Below are positions 1 through 8,170 of a stretch of DNA of 12,417 nucleotides, piece after piece. Source of the DNA: Candidatus Odinarchaeia archaeon (GTDB lineage: Archaea; Asgardarchaeota; Odinarchaeia; Odinarchaeales; Odinarchaeaceae); contig JAHQXC010000038.1 of NCBI GenBank assembly GCA_029856525.1, forward strand, positions 1 through 12,417, in the 5' to 3' direction. The position numbers were made by a program, and so were the translations under genes. The first letter of the stretch is position 1. Every line of letters starts with the position of its first letter. A model generated the notes under the pieces. That model saw only the letters and a list, made by a program, of their open reading frames with translations. It did not search any database and had not been told where the DNA came from.

Positions 1-1
1 G

Positions 2-88
2 CTTGAAGACTGTAAAGGCGTAAAATACAGAGAAGGATTCATATGCCCTAAAATACTGAAAAACCTAAAAGAACAGGGAAAACAATAA
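2..88 (+). CDS. 3' end of an unidentified gene (partial): LEDCKGVKYREGFICPKILKNLKEQGKQ*
   Basis: Manual translation: the frame starting at 2 is open to TAA at 86-88 and is followed by an A-rich intergenic region. Too short to assign a family. Confidence 0.4.
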   Translation, partial: LEDCKGVKYREGFICPKILKNLKEQGKQ

Positions 89-121
89 AAGCTTAAACAG
101 TTAAACAAGTCTAAATTCTAG

Positions 122-139
122 CGTAAAAAACTTTTATAA
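122..139 (+). promoter_or_regulatory. Archaeal BRE + TATA promoter for the mgtA-like gene, possibly also for the downstream hydrogenase genes
   Basis: CGTAAAAAAC followed by TTTTATAA (132-139), about 47 nt upstream of ATG 186. SD GGTGA at 175-179. Confidence 0.55.
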
Positions 140-185
140 TAGTAAGGGTTTCTATAAAGCTACAGTAGGTTAACGGTGAAATATA

Positions 186-2831
186 ATGGCGGCGTTAACA
201 GATAGAATCAGAGCAGACCGTAAACTTTTAAATAGAGAGGTTAACCCGCAGCAGTTAATCGGATTAGAGAAGCTTTTAACAGAGCCTATTGAAAAAGTAT
301 ACTATTATCTGAATACATCTGAAAACGGGTTCACATCCGAAACCGCTGAAGCGTTAATCGACATATACGGGTTCAATGAGCTGACAGTTAGAAAGAGAAA
401 GATCAGCGTACTACAGTTTCTAGAACACTTCAAAAACCCGATACTCCTAATACTATTATTCGCCGGTTTAATCTCCATATACTTCGGTGAACTAGTCAAC
501 GCGATTATAATATTCACGATCATAGGTGTAAGCGTAACCTTAGACTACTATCAGGAGGCTAAAGCTGATAAAGCCGCCGCGCTTCTAAAACAGAAGGTGA
601 CAACCACAGCCACCGTGTTAAGAGACGGTGTTAGAAAGGAGATTCGAATATCTGAGATTATACCAGGAGACATAATATATTTATCAGCAGGTGACATGAT
701 ACCAGCGGATAGCAGGATTATATCAGCTAAAGATTTCTTCGTAAACCAGTCCTCTTTAACCGGGGAATCCCTCCCAGTTGAGAAGAAACCGGTCTTAGAG
801 AAAGCATATAAGAATATCACAGAGTACAGTAACGCCGTCTTCCTGGGGACAACAGTGGTAAGCGGCACAGCTATAGCGGTCGCGCTTAAAACCGGGCGTT
901 TCACAGTTTACGGTAGAATCGCGGTTAAACTCCTCGCTAAACCCCCTGAAACAGAATACCAGAGAGGTTTAAGAAGATTCGGCTACCTGCTTCTACAAGT
1001 CACATTCGCATTAATCATCTTCGTATTCTTCGTCAACGCGCTTATACGAGGTGAAATCTTAAACTCACTAATCTTCGCCGTCGCTTTAGCTGTAGGTTTA
1101 ACCCCGGATCTTCTACCGATGATACTCTCAGTGAACTTGAGCAGCGGAGCTATTCAAATGGCTAAAAAAGGCGTGATAGTTAAAAAACTGGCGGCGATTC
1201 AAAACTTCGGAGGCATGAACGTTTTATGCTCTGATAAAACAGGCACGCTAACAGAGAATAAGATAGTTTTAGTTAAACACATCGACTTAAACGGTTTAGA
1301 AGATGAAAAAGTCTTATTATACTCTTATCTAAACAGCTATTATCAGACTGGTTTAAAAAGCCCTTTAGATGAAGCTGTTTTAAAACATGAAGAGCTGAAT
1401 ATAAGAGAGTATAAGAAAATAGATGAAATACCATTCGACTTCACTAGAAAACGTGTCACGGTAGTAGTGGAGTACGGCGGTGAACGGATACTAATATCTA
1501 AAGGCGCTCCTGAAGAAGTACATAAAATATGCTCAAGCATAGAGGATAACGGAGAGGTTAAATCTATAAGTGAAGAGTTTAAGAGAAAAATAACAGAGAA
1601 ATATATAGAGTTAAGCCGAGAAGGATACCGGGTTTTAAGCGTATGTTATAGAGTAGATCGCTCGAATAAAACAGTCTACACTATAACAGATGAAAGAGAA
1701 ATGGTTTTCCTAGGATTCATCGCCTTCATAGACCCGCCTAAAGAGAGCGTGAAAGAGTCGATAAAACTTTTAAAAGAAGCCGGCATAGAGCTTAAAATAT
1801 TAACAGGAGACAATGAACTTGTAACGAGAAAAATATGCGAGTATATAGGATTAGAGATTAAAGGAGTGGTTACAGGTGAACAGGTCAGCGAAGCCGACGG
1901 AGCCGCGTTAGCTAGAATAGTCGAAGAGAATAATATTTTCTGCAGGGTTACACCGGCTGATAAAGAGAGAATAATCACCACGCTTAAAGGAAACGGGCAT
2001 GTAGTAGGATTCCTAGGAGATGGAATAAACGACGCTCCATCCCTGAGATCAGCGGATGTAGGCATCTCAGTTAACAACGCTGTTGACGTAGCTAAAGAAG
2101 CCGCTGACATAATACTATTAGAGAAGAGACTCCGCGTACTACACGACGGAGTTATAGAAGGCCGGAAAACATTCACGAACACTTTAAAATATATAGCTAT
2201 AGGCGTAAGCTCTAATTTCGGAAACATGTTCAGCGTAGCCGGAGCCTCCTTCTTCCTACCATTCCTACCAATGCTACCAGGCCAAATACTGTTAAACAAT
2301 CTATTATACGACGCCGCTCAGATACCTCTACCAACCGATAACGTTGACAGAGAATTCGTTGAGAAACCTAGAAGATGGAGTATAAGCGAGATAAGAAACG
2401 CGATGTTCTACTTCGGGCCTATCAGCTCCATATTCGACTTCCTCACATTCTTCATAATGCTATACTTTTTCAACGCTACACCAGCCTTATTTCAAACAGC
2501 CTGGTTCACAGAATCCCTGATAACGCAAACCCTCGTAGTCTACTTTATTAGAACAAGCCGCCTATTTTATAAAAGCCGGCCTAGTAAGCCTCTACTAGCC
2601 GCCGGGTTAACAGTGATAGCTGTCGCTTTAACACTACCGTACACGATTATAGGAGAAATATTCGGGTTCACAATCCCACCGCCTATATTCTACCCGGTCT
2701 TAGCGTTAATAGTAGCAGCTTATCTTATCACAGTTGAAGTCGCTAAGAAAAAATTCTATAAAATATACAAGTATAAGCAGGCTAACAGTAAAATATATGA
2801 ATCTAATATGAGCGCGCAGCCTAGAATATAA
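186..2831 (+). CDS. mgtA: Mg2+-transporting-type P-type ATPase (MgtA family, P3B), 881 aa
   Basis: TGES actuator motif (LTGESLPVEK), phosphorylation motif CSDKTGTLT (D350), GDGIND hinge. MgtA-type signatures GLTP(D)LLPMI, NLLYD..Q...P.DNVD and FQT.WF.ESL.TQTLVV..IRT. Confidence 0.9.
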   Translation: MAALTDRIRADRKLLNREVNPQQLIGLEKLLTEPIEKVYYYLNTSENGFTSETAEALIDIYGFNELTVRKRKISVLQFLEHFKNPILLILLFAGLISIYFGELVNAIIIFTIIGVSVTLDYYQEAKADKAAALLKQKVTTTATVLRDGVRKEIRISEIIPGDIIYLSAGDMIPADSRIISAKDFFVNQSSLTGESLPVEKKPVLEKAYKNITEYSNAVFLGTTVVSGTAIAVALKTGRFTVYGRIAVKLLAKPPETEYQRGLRRFGYLLLQVTFALIIFVFFVNALIRGEILNSLIFAVALAVGLTPDLLPMILSVNLSSGAIQMAKKGVIVKKLAAIQNFGGMNVLCSDKTGTLTENKIVLVKHIDLNGLEDEKVLLYSYLNSYYQTGLKSPLDEAVLKHEELNIREYKKIDEIPFDFTRKRVTVVVEYGGERILISKGAPEEVHKICSSIEDNGEVKSISEEFKRKITEKYIELSREGYRVLSVCYRVDRSNKTVYTITDEREMVFLGFIAFIDPPKESVKESIKLLKEAGIELKILTGDNELVTRKICEYIGLEIKGVVTGEQVSEADGAALARIVEENNIFCRVTPADKERIITTLKGNGHVVGFLGDGINDAPSLRSADVGISVNNAVDVAKEAADIILLEKRLRVLHDGVIEGRKTFTNTLKYIAIGVSSNFGNMFSVAGASFFLPFLPMLPGQILLNNLLYDAAQIPLPTDNVDREFVEKPRRWSISEIRNAMFYFGPISSIFDFLTFFIMLYFFNATPALFQTAWFTESLITQTLVVYFIRTSRLFYKSRPSKPLLAAGLTVIAVALTLPYTIIGEIFGFTIPPPIFYPVLALIVAAYLITVEVAKKKFYKIYKYKQANSKIYESNMSAQPRI

Positions 2832-2853
2832 AAAGGTTAAAGGTGAAGCATGC

Positions 2854-3270
2854 TTGGAGGAGAATATAATAGATTTATTAAAGAGAAATATAGGCGTTGA
2901 AGAAATATTTAAAACAGCGTTTAAAAGCGGCGACCTGGAAGTAGAGTTAAATTCTTCAAAGATAAAAGAGGCTGTGAAGCTTCTTAAACAAGAAGGCTAC
3001 AATCATATAATAACTATTATCCCCGTTGAAGAAGACGGGTTCATCAAGCTCATATACTTTTTAGAGAGAAACGGGAGTCTAGCCGCTTTAAAAATAAGAG
3101 TACCATGCGATAACCCTATCGTAGACACAGTCAGCGACGTGTTTAAAACAGCTGAAAGCTTCGAGAGAGAAGCCCGCGACTTATATGGAGTGAACTTTAA
3201 AAATTTAAAAGCTGATAGAATAATAGCACCAGACAACTGGCCTGAGAAACCAGTCATGAAGAGAACGTGA
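2854..3270 (+). CDS. NuoC/MbhK/EchD-like soluble subunit of a group 4 hydrogenase, 138 aa, TTG start
   Basis: FEREARDLYGVNF matches the complex I 30 kDa ERE..D.FG..F motif, with a P.NWP..P tail. SD AGGTGA at 2841-2846. Confidence 0.85.
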   Translation: MEENIIDLLKRNIGVEEIFKTAFKSGDLEVELNSSKIKEAVKLLKQEGYNHIITIIPVEEDGFIKLIYFLERNGSLAALKIRVPCDNPIVDTVSDVFKTAESFEREARDLYGVNFKNLKADRIIAPDNWPEKPVMKRT

Positions 3271-3293
3271 AAACCGGATAAAAGTAAAGCTGA

Positions 3294-3299
3294 GAGGTG
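3294..3299 (+). promoter_or_regulatory. Shine-Dalgarno site GAGGTG for the NuoL-like gene
   Basis: Same GGTG(A) core as the SD sites at 175, 2841, 8641 and 11150. It sits directly before in-frame ACG (3305) and ATA (3308). Confidence 0.65.
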
Positions 3300-3304
3300 G
3301 AAAA

Positions 3305-5260
3305 ACGATAATACAGTTAGCAGCCGCAGCCGGTGTTTTAACACCTATAATCTCAGGGTTAGCTGTCACACTTCTATCCAGAGTACTCGAAGATAAGAGA
3401 ATACTCGCATATATAAGCGTAATCGCGTTAGCCTCTTCTTTCACACTCTTCTTAACAGTAGCTTTACAAGTACACGCTACACCTTTAACCATCCTATTAT
3501 TCACGTTCAAGATAGACGCGTCAACGGTTAAACTAGGATTACACATAGATTACTTAGCGGCCACCTTCACTCTAGTAACATTATTTATTTCAACTATCAC
3601 GCAAATCTACAGTTTAAAATATTATTCAGAACAGAATAAAGCCTATAATATAAGAGAATACAACAGGAACACGCCGCTAACCCTATTCTTCGCAGGGTTT
3701 CTAGCAGCCGCATTCAACTCCATGGATCTGATAGGATTACTGTTCAGCTTAGAAATGTTAACGATAACCACGTATCTCTTCATAGCCTATCCGAGTGAAC
3801 AAGTTAAAAATTTGAAAGCAGCGTTTAAAACTCTCATATTAACTCATATAAGCGGTTTAACCCTCCTAATATTCACTTTAATAATGTGGACTGCGACAGG
3901 GACAACTCTAATCTCAGCGTTAACCGGTTTAATACCAGCCGGCTCTCCTTTAATCACAGCAGGCGCAGCGCTGATACTATGCACGGCGATGCCTAAAACA
4001 GATCAGATACCATTCCATACATGGCTGCCTGACAGTACAGTCACACCAACCCCCTCAATAATAGTATACCATTCATGCGGCTTCCAGATAGGAGTCTATA
4101 TTATACTAAGATTCCTATTCCAGGTTTTCCGCGAGCAGCTTAACAGTCTACCAGTTATACCATTCCACAGCGTGCTCGGAAACATCACAGTCTGGGGTCT
4201 AACAGTTACAGTTATAGGCGCGTTAACCCTCATCATAGGCGCGGTTTACGGTATGCTAGAAAACAATTATAAAAAGATTATAGCTTATACAGCGATCTCT
4301 GAGACAGGTTTAATAATAATAGCCGCAGGTTTCACAACCACACTAGCCTTCACAGCATGCATATACTATACGATATCACACGCGTTAATATCAACGCTTC
4401 TATTCCTATCATACGGTTCAGTCGAATACGCGACAGGTGAAACAGACATCAACAAGATCGGAAACCTATACCAGTATATGCCTTTAACAGGGATCAGCGC
4501 TGTTATAAGCGTGATCGCGATCGGTGGAATGCCGCTTTTAAGCGAGTTCATCGGAAAATATCTGCTTATAAACGCTGCTTTAAACATCAGCGCACTCCCA
4601 CACATACTACTCATGTTCATAGGCGCCGCTCTACATATTGTAATAGCGATTAGAATACTTAACAGCGTCTTCCTCACAACCACATATAATATCCGAGTTA
4701 AAAGCCAGGTTAAAGACCCTCCGAGAGAGATGACAGCTGTAATGCTTCTCATAATAGCAGCTATATTCACGCTAGGCGTAGCCCCAAACCTATTCATAGA
4801 GTTCATAGTTAAACCAGCTGTTTTACAAGCCGGTTTAACGTTTACGCTAATAGAGAGCTTCGATCTACTAATAACAGGTTCAGGTTACCTAACATATATT
4901 ACAATAGCGGTCTCAGCTTTAAGCATACTAGGCATGGTAAGCTATATAATACTGGTTGGCGGTGGAAGAAAAAGAAAGATGAGAAGCCTGGAAGCTGAGA
5001 AACCGTTCATAGGAGGAGAAGATATAACAGTCGTTAAATCAACTTACACGGAGCAATTCTACTATTATCTTCTAGACCTTCTTAAAATTAGAAGAGCAGC
5101 CAGTCTACTAGACGTGGATAAATTCTTCGATAAAATCGCAGGCGGGTTTAGAAAAATCTGCGAGCGGTTATCGAAGCTAGACGTCGGATCATATTTAAAA
5201 GCATTGTTAATGTTTCTAGCAGGCTCCCTGATAGTAGCGGTTATAGCTTTAATAATATGA
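3305..5260 (+). CDS. NuoL/HyfB/MrpA-like antiporter-type membrane subunit, about 651 aa; true start near 3305-3308, not 3722
   Basis: Frame is open from 3260 to TGA 5258-5260. The extra N-terminal part encodes hydrophobic helices (IIQLAAAAGVLTPIISGLAVTLLS; KLGLHIDYLAATFTLVTLFISTITQIYSLKY). Motifs SLEML, PKTDQIPFHTWLPD..TPTPS...H, IAYTAISE, GGMPLLSEFIGK, and a C-terminal PFIGGE plus amphipathic helix. Confidence 0.88.
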   Translation, partial: TIIQLAAAAGVLTPIISGLAVTLLSRVLEDKRILAYISVIALASSFTLFLTVALQVHATPLTILLFTFKIDASTVKLGLHIDYLAATFTLVTLFISTITQIYSLKYYSEQNKAYNIREYNRNTPLTLFFAGFLAAAFNSMDLIGLLFSLEMLTITTYLFIAYPSEQVKNLKAAFKTLILTHISGLTLLIFTLIMWTATGTTLISALTGLIPAGSPLITAGAALILCTAMPKTDQIPFHTWLPDSTVTPTPSIIVYHSCGFQIGVYIILRFLFQVFREQLNSLPVIPFHSVLGNITVWGLTVTVIGALTLIIGAVYGMLENNYKKIIAYTAISETGLIIIAAGFTTTLAFTACIYYTISHALISTLLFLSYGSVEYATGETDINKIGNLYQYMPLTGISAVISVIAIGGMPLLSEFIGKYLLINAALNISALPHILLMFIGAALHIVIAIRILNSVFLTTTYNIRVKSQVKDPPREMTAVMLLIIAAIFTLGVAPNLFIEFIVKPAVLQAGLTFTLIESFDLLITGSGYLTYITIAVSALSILGMVSYIILVGGGRKRKMRSLEAEKPFIGGEDITVVKSTYTEQFYYYLLDLLKIRRAASLLDVDKFFDKIAGGFRKICERLSKLDVGSYLKALLMFLAGSLIVAVIALII

Positions 5261-5304
5261 AATCAAGGTGAGTTAAAGAAGAGAACAGGAGTGGAAGCCT
5301 AGAA

Positions 5305-5982
5305 ATGTCTGTAACCCAGATAATATTATATTTAATAGCAGCCGCGTTAACGGTTACAGGTGTAATAGTAAGAGAAAACCTGAAATCTATTAAAATATTA
5401 GCCGCCCAGGCGGCTGCGATTATAACAGTGAACTTAGCCTATTATATTGAACAGATCGCTGCTAGCCTTAACCCTCTAGAACCGGCTGCTATAATATCGC
5501 TTATAATAGAGGCTTCAGTCACGGTGATAGTCATCCCGCAGCTGATTAGAAAAGTGAAAACACATGTAATAAACGGAAACATGAAAAGTGAAAGCTTAAC
5601 ATATACTCCACCGGTTTTAAATCTGAAAACATTTTCAACTATAAGCTTAGGCTTCAACATATTCTTTCTATTATTCACATCACATTTATTATATGCTAAC
5701 CTACTGCCAAGCCAACTCCAACTTCTACCGCTAGCAATCCTAGTCTTAGTTAACAGTGTACTAGGCATGGTTTACAACAGAGACGCTGTGAAGATTACAG
5801 TAGCTTTGAATATGGCTTTCAACGCTTTCACACCATTACTCTCAAGTCTACCGCTACCATACATATTATTAGAGTTAACGTCGCTTATCCTAGTTAATAT
5901 CATACTCGTATTCATAGTCTCCGAGATGGCTGAAAAATATAATACGATAAATGTTTCAGAGTGGAGTGTAAACTATGATTGA
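5305..5982 (+). CDS. HyfE-like membrane subunit with a NuoK-like C-terminal half, 225 aa
   Basis: Strongly hydrophobic with about 7 TM segments. N-terminal IKILAAQ resembles HyfE. SVLGMVYNRDAVKITVALNMAFNA and the TINVSEW tail align by eye with NuoK. Position between HyfB- and HyfF-like genes matches hyf operons. Confidence 0.65.
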   Translation: MSVTQIILYLIAAALTVTGVIVRENLKSIKILAAQAAAIITVNLAYYIEQIAASLNPLEPAAIISLIIEASVTVIVIPQLIRKVKTHVINGNMKSESLTYTPPVLNLKTFSTISLGFNIFFLLFTSHLLYANLLPSQLQLLPLAILVLVNSVLGMVYNRDAVKITVALNMAFNAFTPLLSSLPLPYILLELTSLILVNIILVFIVSEMAEKYNTINVSEWSVNYD

Positions 5983-7411
5983 AGAACTACTCGCAGCCTG
6001 CTTCTTCACACCGCTCATCGCCGCACTGTTAGTAGCCCCGTTTGAAGCCGTCTGGGCTAAAAGCAGTAGAATAATACTTTTAACAGCTACACTAGCCGTT
6101 TTCACAATAAGCTTACTCTTCATCCCAGCGGTTACAGTTCACGGTATCATATTAAAACATTCCATTCTACCTATGAGCGTTAAACCAAGCAGTGTAGGAG
6201 TACTATTATCTATTACACTAGTAGCCTTCCTCTCATCACTATATAATTTTAAAGCCGAGCAGGGCGGGCGTCTTCCCCCACCTGTCTACAGCGGGTTCAT
6301 ACTATTGCTTTTAACTGTGATGATCGGATTAGTAGTATTCGACGACCTAGTAATATTATATATATTAGTTGAGACTACAATCGGAGTTACAGTAATACTC
6401 GTCACCCATAAAAAAGGTAAATTCCCGCTTCAAGCAGCCTTCAAATATTTAATAATCACAGCTGTGAGCGCTATACTATTTCTAGCAGGCGTCATAATAT
6501 TATTTAATTTAACAGGAGACTACTCTCTAATCTCATTATACGAGAAACCCTGGATTCTAAGAGAAAACTCGAATTTAACCCTGCTAGCAGTAGCTTTAAT
6601 AACAGCTGGTTTAGGAGCTGATATAGGGATCGCGCCATTCCACGGCTGGCTTCCAGACGCGGTTCCAGCTTCACCTGACACTGTTAACAGTTTCACAGCG
6701 GTTGAAGGAGTCCCCTTATTCTACGCTTTATACCAGCTGGTGAACCCTATATTCCAAGCATACCCGTCACCTTACATCACCGGTCTACTAGCAGGGCTAG
6801 GAGCGGTCTCCGTGATTATAGGGAATCTAATAGCATACCAGCAGAGAGATTATATGAGAATGATCGCGTATTCATGCATCGACGTCTACGGGTATACGGC
6901 TCTAATACTAAGCTTATTTAACACGGCAGCTTACACAGCAGGCTTCTTCTATCTCATAAACGCGTCGATTATGAAAATGTCTCTATTCCAAAACCTAGGC
7001 GTCGTTGAAAAAAACGCTGAAACAACTAACATGAATAATTTAAAAGGTTTAGCCGGTAAACTCGGGAAAACCTCTTATATTTATCTAGCTTCATTTCTAT
7101 CTTTAACAGGGATACCACCCTTCGCCGGCTTCTACGCTAAAATCCTAGCCTATAATGTGATATATAATTTTATAGCGGCTTCAAATATTATTCTAGGCGT
7201 TCTCGCGTTAACAGCTTTAATAAGCCTCTCACTGGTCGCGTTAGCCTACTTCGCGAACTCTTATCATAAAATATTCTTAGAATCAGCTGAGAAAACAGGC
7301 TTAAAAACAGGTGAACCTCATATATTAACCTGGCTTCCGTCTTTAATAGGAGTAGCCGTCTCGCTTATAATAGGAGTTCAACCTCAGCTATTATATGTTT
7401 TACTGAGTTAA
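5975..7411 (+). CDS. NuoN/HyfF/MrpD-like antiporter-type membrane subunit, 478 aa
   Basis: YILVE, AAFKYLII, PFHGWLPDA, RMIAYS, NLKGLA.K and LTGIPPFAGFYAK motifs. Overlaps the upstream gene by 8 nt, suggesting translational coupling. Confidence 0.88.
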   Translation: MIEELLAACFFTPLIAALLVAPFEAVWAKSSRIILLTATLAVFTISLLFIPAVTVHGIILKHSILPMSVKPSSVGVLLSITLVAFLSSLYNFKAEQGGRLPPPVYSGFILLLLTVMIGLVVFDDLVILYILVETTIGVTVILVTHKKGKFPLQAAFKYLIITAVSAILFLAGVIILFNLTGDYSLISLYEKPWILRENSNLTLLAVALITAGLGADIGIAPFHGWLPDAVPASPDTVNSFTAVEGVPLFYALYQLVNPIFQAYPSPYITGLLAGLGAVSVIIGNLIAYQQRDYMRMIAYSCIDVYGYTALILSLFNTAAYTAGFFYLINASIMKMSLFQNLGVVEKNAETTNMNNLKGLAGKLGKTSYIYLASFLSLTGIPPFAGFYAKILAYNVIYNFIAASNIILGVLALTALISLSLVALAYFANSYHKIFLESAEKTGLKTGEPHILTWLPSLIGVAVSLIIGVQPQLLYVLLS

Positions 7412-8100
7412 AGATAATCTTTTAATATTTGAAGCATCCGTCGACCGTTATCTAGCATTCCATCACCGTTATTAAAGAAAACGTAAACTTTATCCGGTTT
7501 CAACTCTAAGATTCTACCGGCGGCTTCTTCAAGCTCACGGTCACTGTAGTAGTGGTTATACCATGCGCTTCGACCATGCATCCTCAAATAAACTATGCCG
7601 TTCACTTTATAAACTTTTAGAGGAATCTTCGGGCTGTCAACGCTCACGAAGACGACGCCCTGTCTACCAGCCCAATCAGCGTAGTCATCTTTAAACCATT
7701 CAACGCTTCTAGCCTCTAAAGCCACTCTACCGGTTAAACCCGTCTGCTTAAAAAAATCTTCTATAATATTCAAGGAGTCAGGGTGAAGTGAAGGAGGCAT
7801 CTGAAAAAGATAGAAGTCGATTAAACTGTTTAAAGGCTTAAACAAGTTTAGAAAACCATCTAGATAGTTTAAAGATTCACCGGTGAACTTGCATATATGC
7901 GTGATCATCCTGTTCACTTTAACAATCCAGCGGAGACCACTGCTTTTATAAACCCAGCTTCGAATAAGCTTATCTTGAGGTAAACGGTAAAAGCTCATAT
8001 TCAATTCTACAGCGTTAAACCCTGACTCCCTCGCATACCAGTCTAAGCCGCGTTTATTCCAACGGTAAGCCCAACCAGACGTGCCTATAAACAACTCCAT
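7408..8100 (-). CDS. DUF72 (YecE-like) TIM-barrel protein, 230 aa
   Basis: Hallmark DUF72 motifs: IGTSGWAY, FNAVELNMSFY, VKVNRMITH, LFQMPPS, ALEARSVEW, YLRMHGR, Y...Y...EL, YVFFNN. Confidence 0.9.
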   Translation of the reverse strand: MELFIGTSGWAYRWNKRGLDWYARESGFNAVELNMSFYRLPQDKLIRSWVYKSSGLRWIVKVNRMITHICKFTGESLNYLDGFLNLFKPLNSLIDFYLFQMPPSLHPDSLNIIEDFFKQTGLTGRVALEARSVEWFKDDYADWAGRQGVVFVSVDSPKIPLKVYKVNGIVYLRMHGRSAWYNHYYSDRELEEAAGRILELKPDKVYVFFNNGDGMLDNGRRMLQILKDYL

Positions 8101-8119
8101 AAATATTCTTTAACATATA

Positions 8120-8140
8120 CTTTAAAATTAATTTTTCCCT
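8120..8140 (-). promoter_or_regulatory. Probable BRE/TATA for the DUF72 gene, giving a leaderless transcript
   Basis: Minus strand reads AGGGAAAAATTAATTTTAAAG, with TTTTAAAG at 8127-8120 about 25 nt upstream of ATG 8100. No SD is present. Confidence 0.45.
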
Positions 8141-8161
8141 TCAGCGGATAAAACTCCAATA

Positions 8162-8170
8162 TATTTATAA
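8162..8170 (+). promoter_or_regulatory. Probable TATA box for the second half of the hydrogenase cluster
   Basis: TATTTATAA in the 129-nt divergent intergenic region, about 60 nt upstream of ATG 8230. Confidence 0.45.

Noticed and set aside
93-107. TTAAACA direct repeat upstream of mgtA, resembling the reverse complement of a PhoP half-site (TGTTTA)
   Set aside because: The period is 8 bp rather than the 11 bp of a PhoP box, the context is archaeal and the region is AT-rich; probably chance.
89-185. Possible Mg2+-sensing leader (M-box riboswitch or MgtL-like peptide) before mgtA
   Set aside because: The region is short and AT-rich, with no stable stems or Pro-rich mini-ORF, and the predicted leader is only about 25 nt.
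305-2299. Minus-strand ORFs 305-523, 551-904, 1343-1540 and 1676-2299
   Set aside because: Antisense shadows of the well-supported ATPase, with Ser/Ile-rich composition and no motifs.
2850-2900. Short ATG-started ORF MLGGEYNRFIKEKYRR overlapping the NuoC-like start
   Set aside because: The ATG is only 3 nt from the SD, while TTG 2854 has normal spacing and opens the conserved frame.
3003-3546. Minus-strand ORFs 3003-3344 and 3205-3546 that appear to fill the gap before 3722
   Set aside because: The gap is explained by the plus-strand N-terminal extension of the NuoL-like gene.
4366-5768. Minus-strand ORFs 4366-4806 and 5442-5768
   Set aside because: Antisense shadows of membrane-subunit genes.
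7408-7411. TTAA at the DUF72 junction as a transposon target site
   Set aside because: It is just two overlapping TAA stops. There is no matching junction, terminal repeat or transposase.
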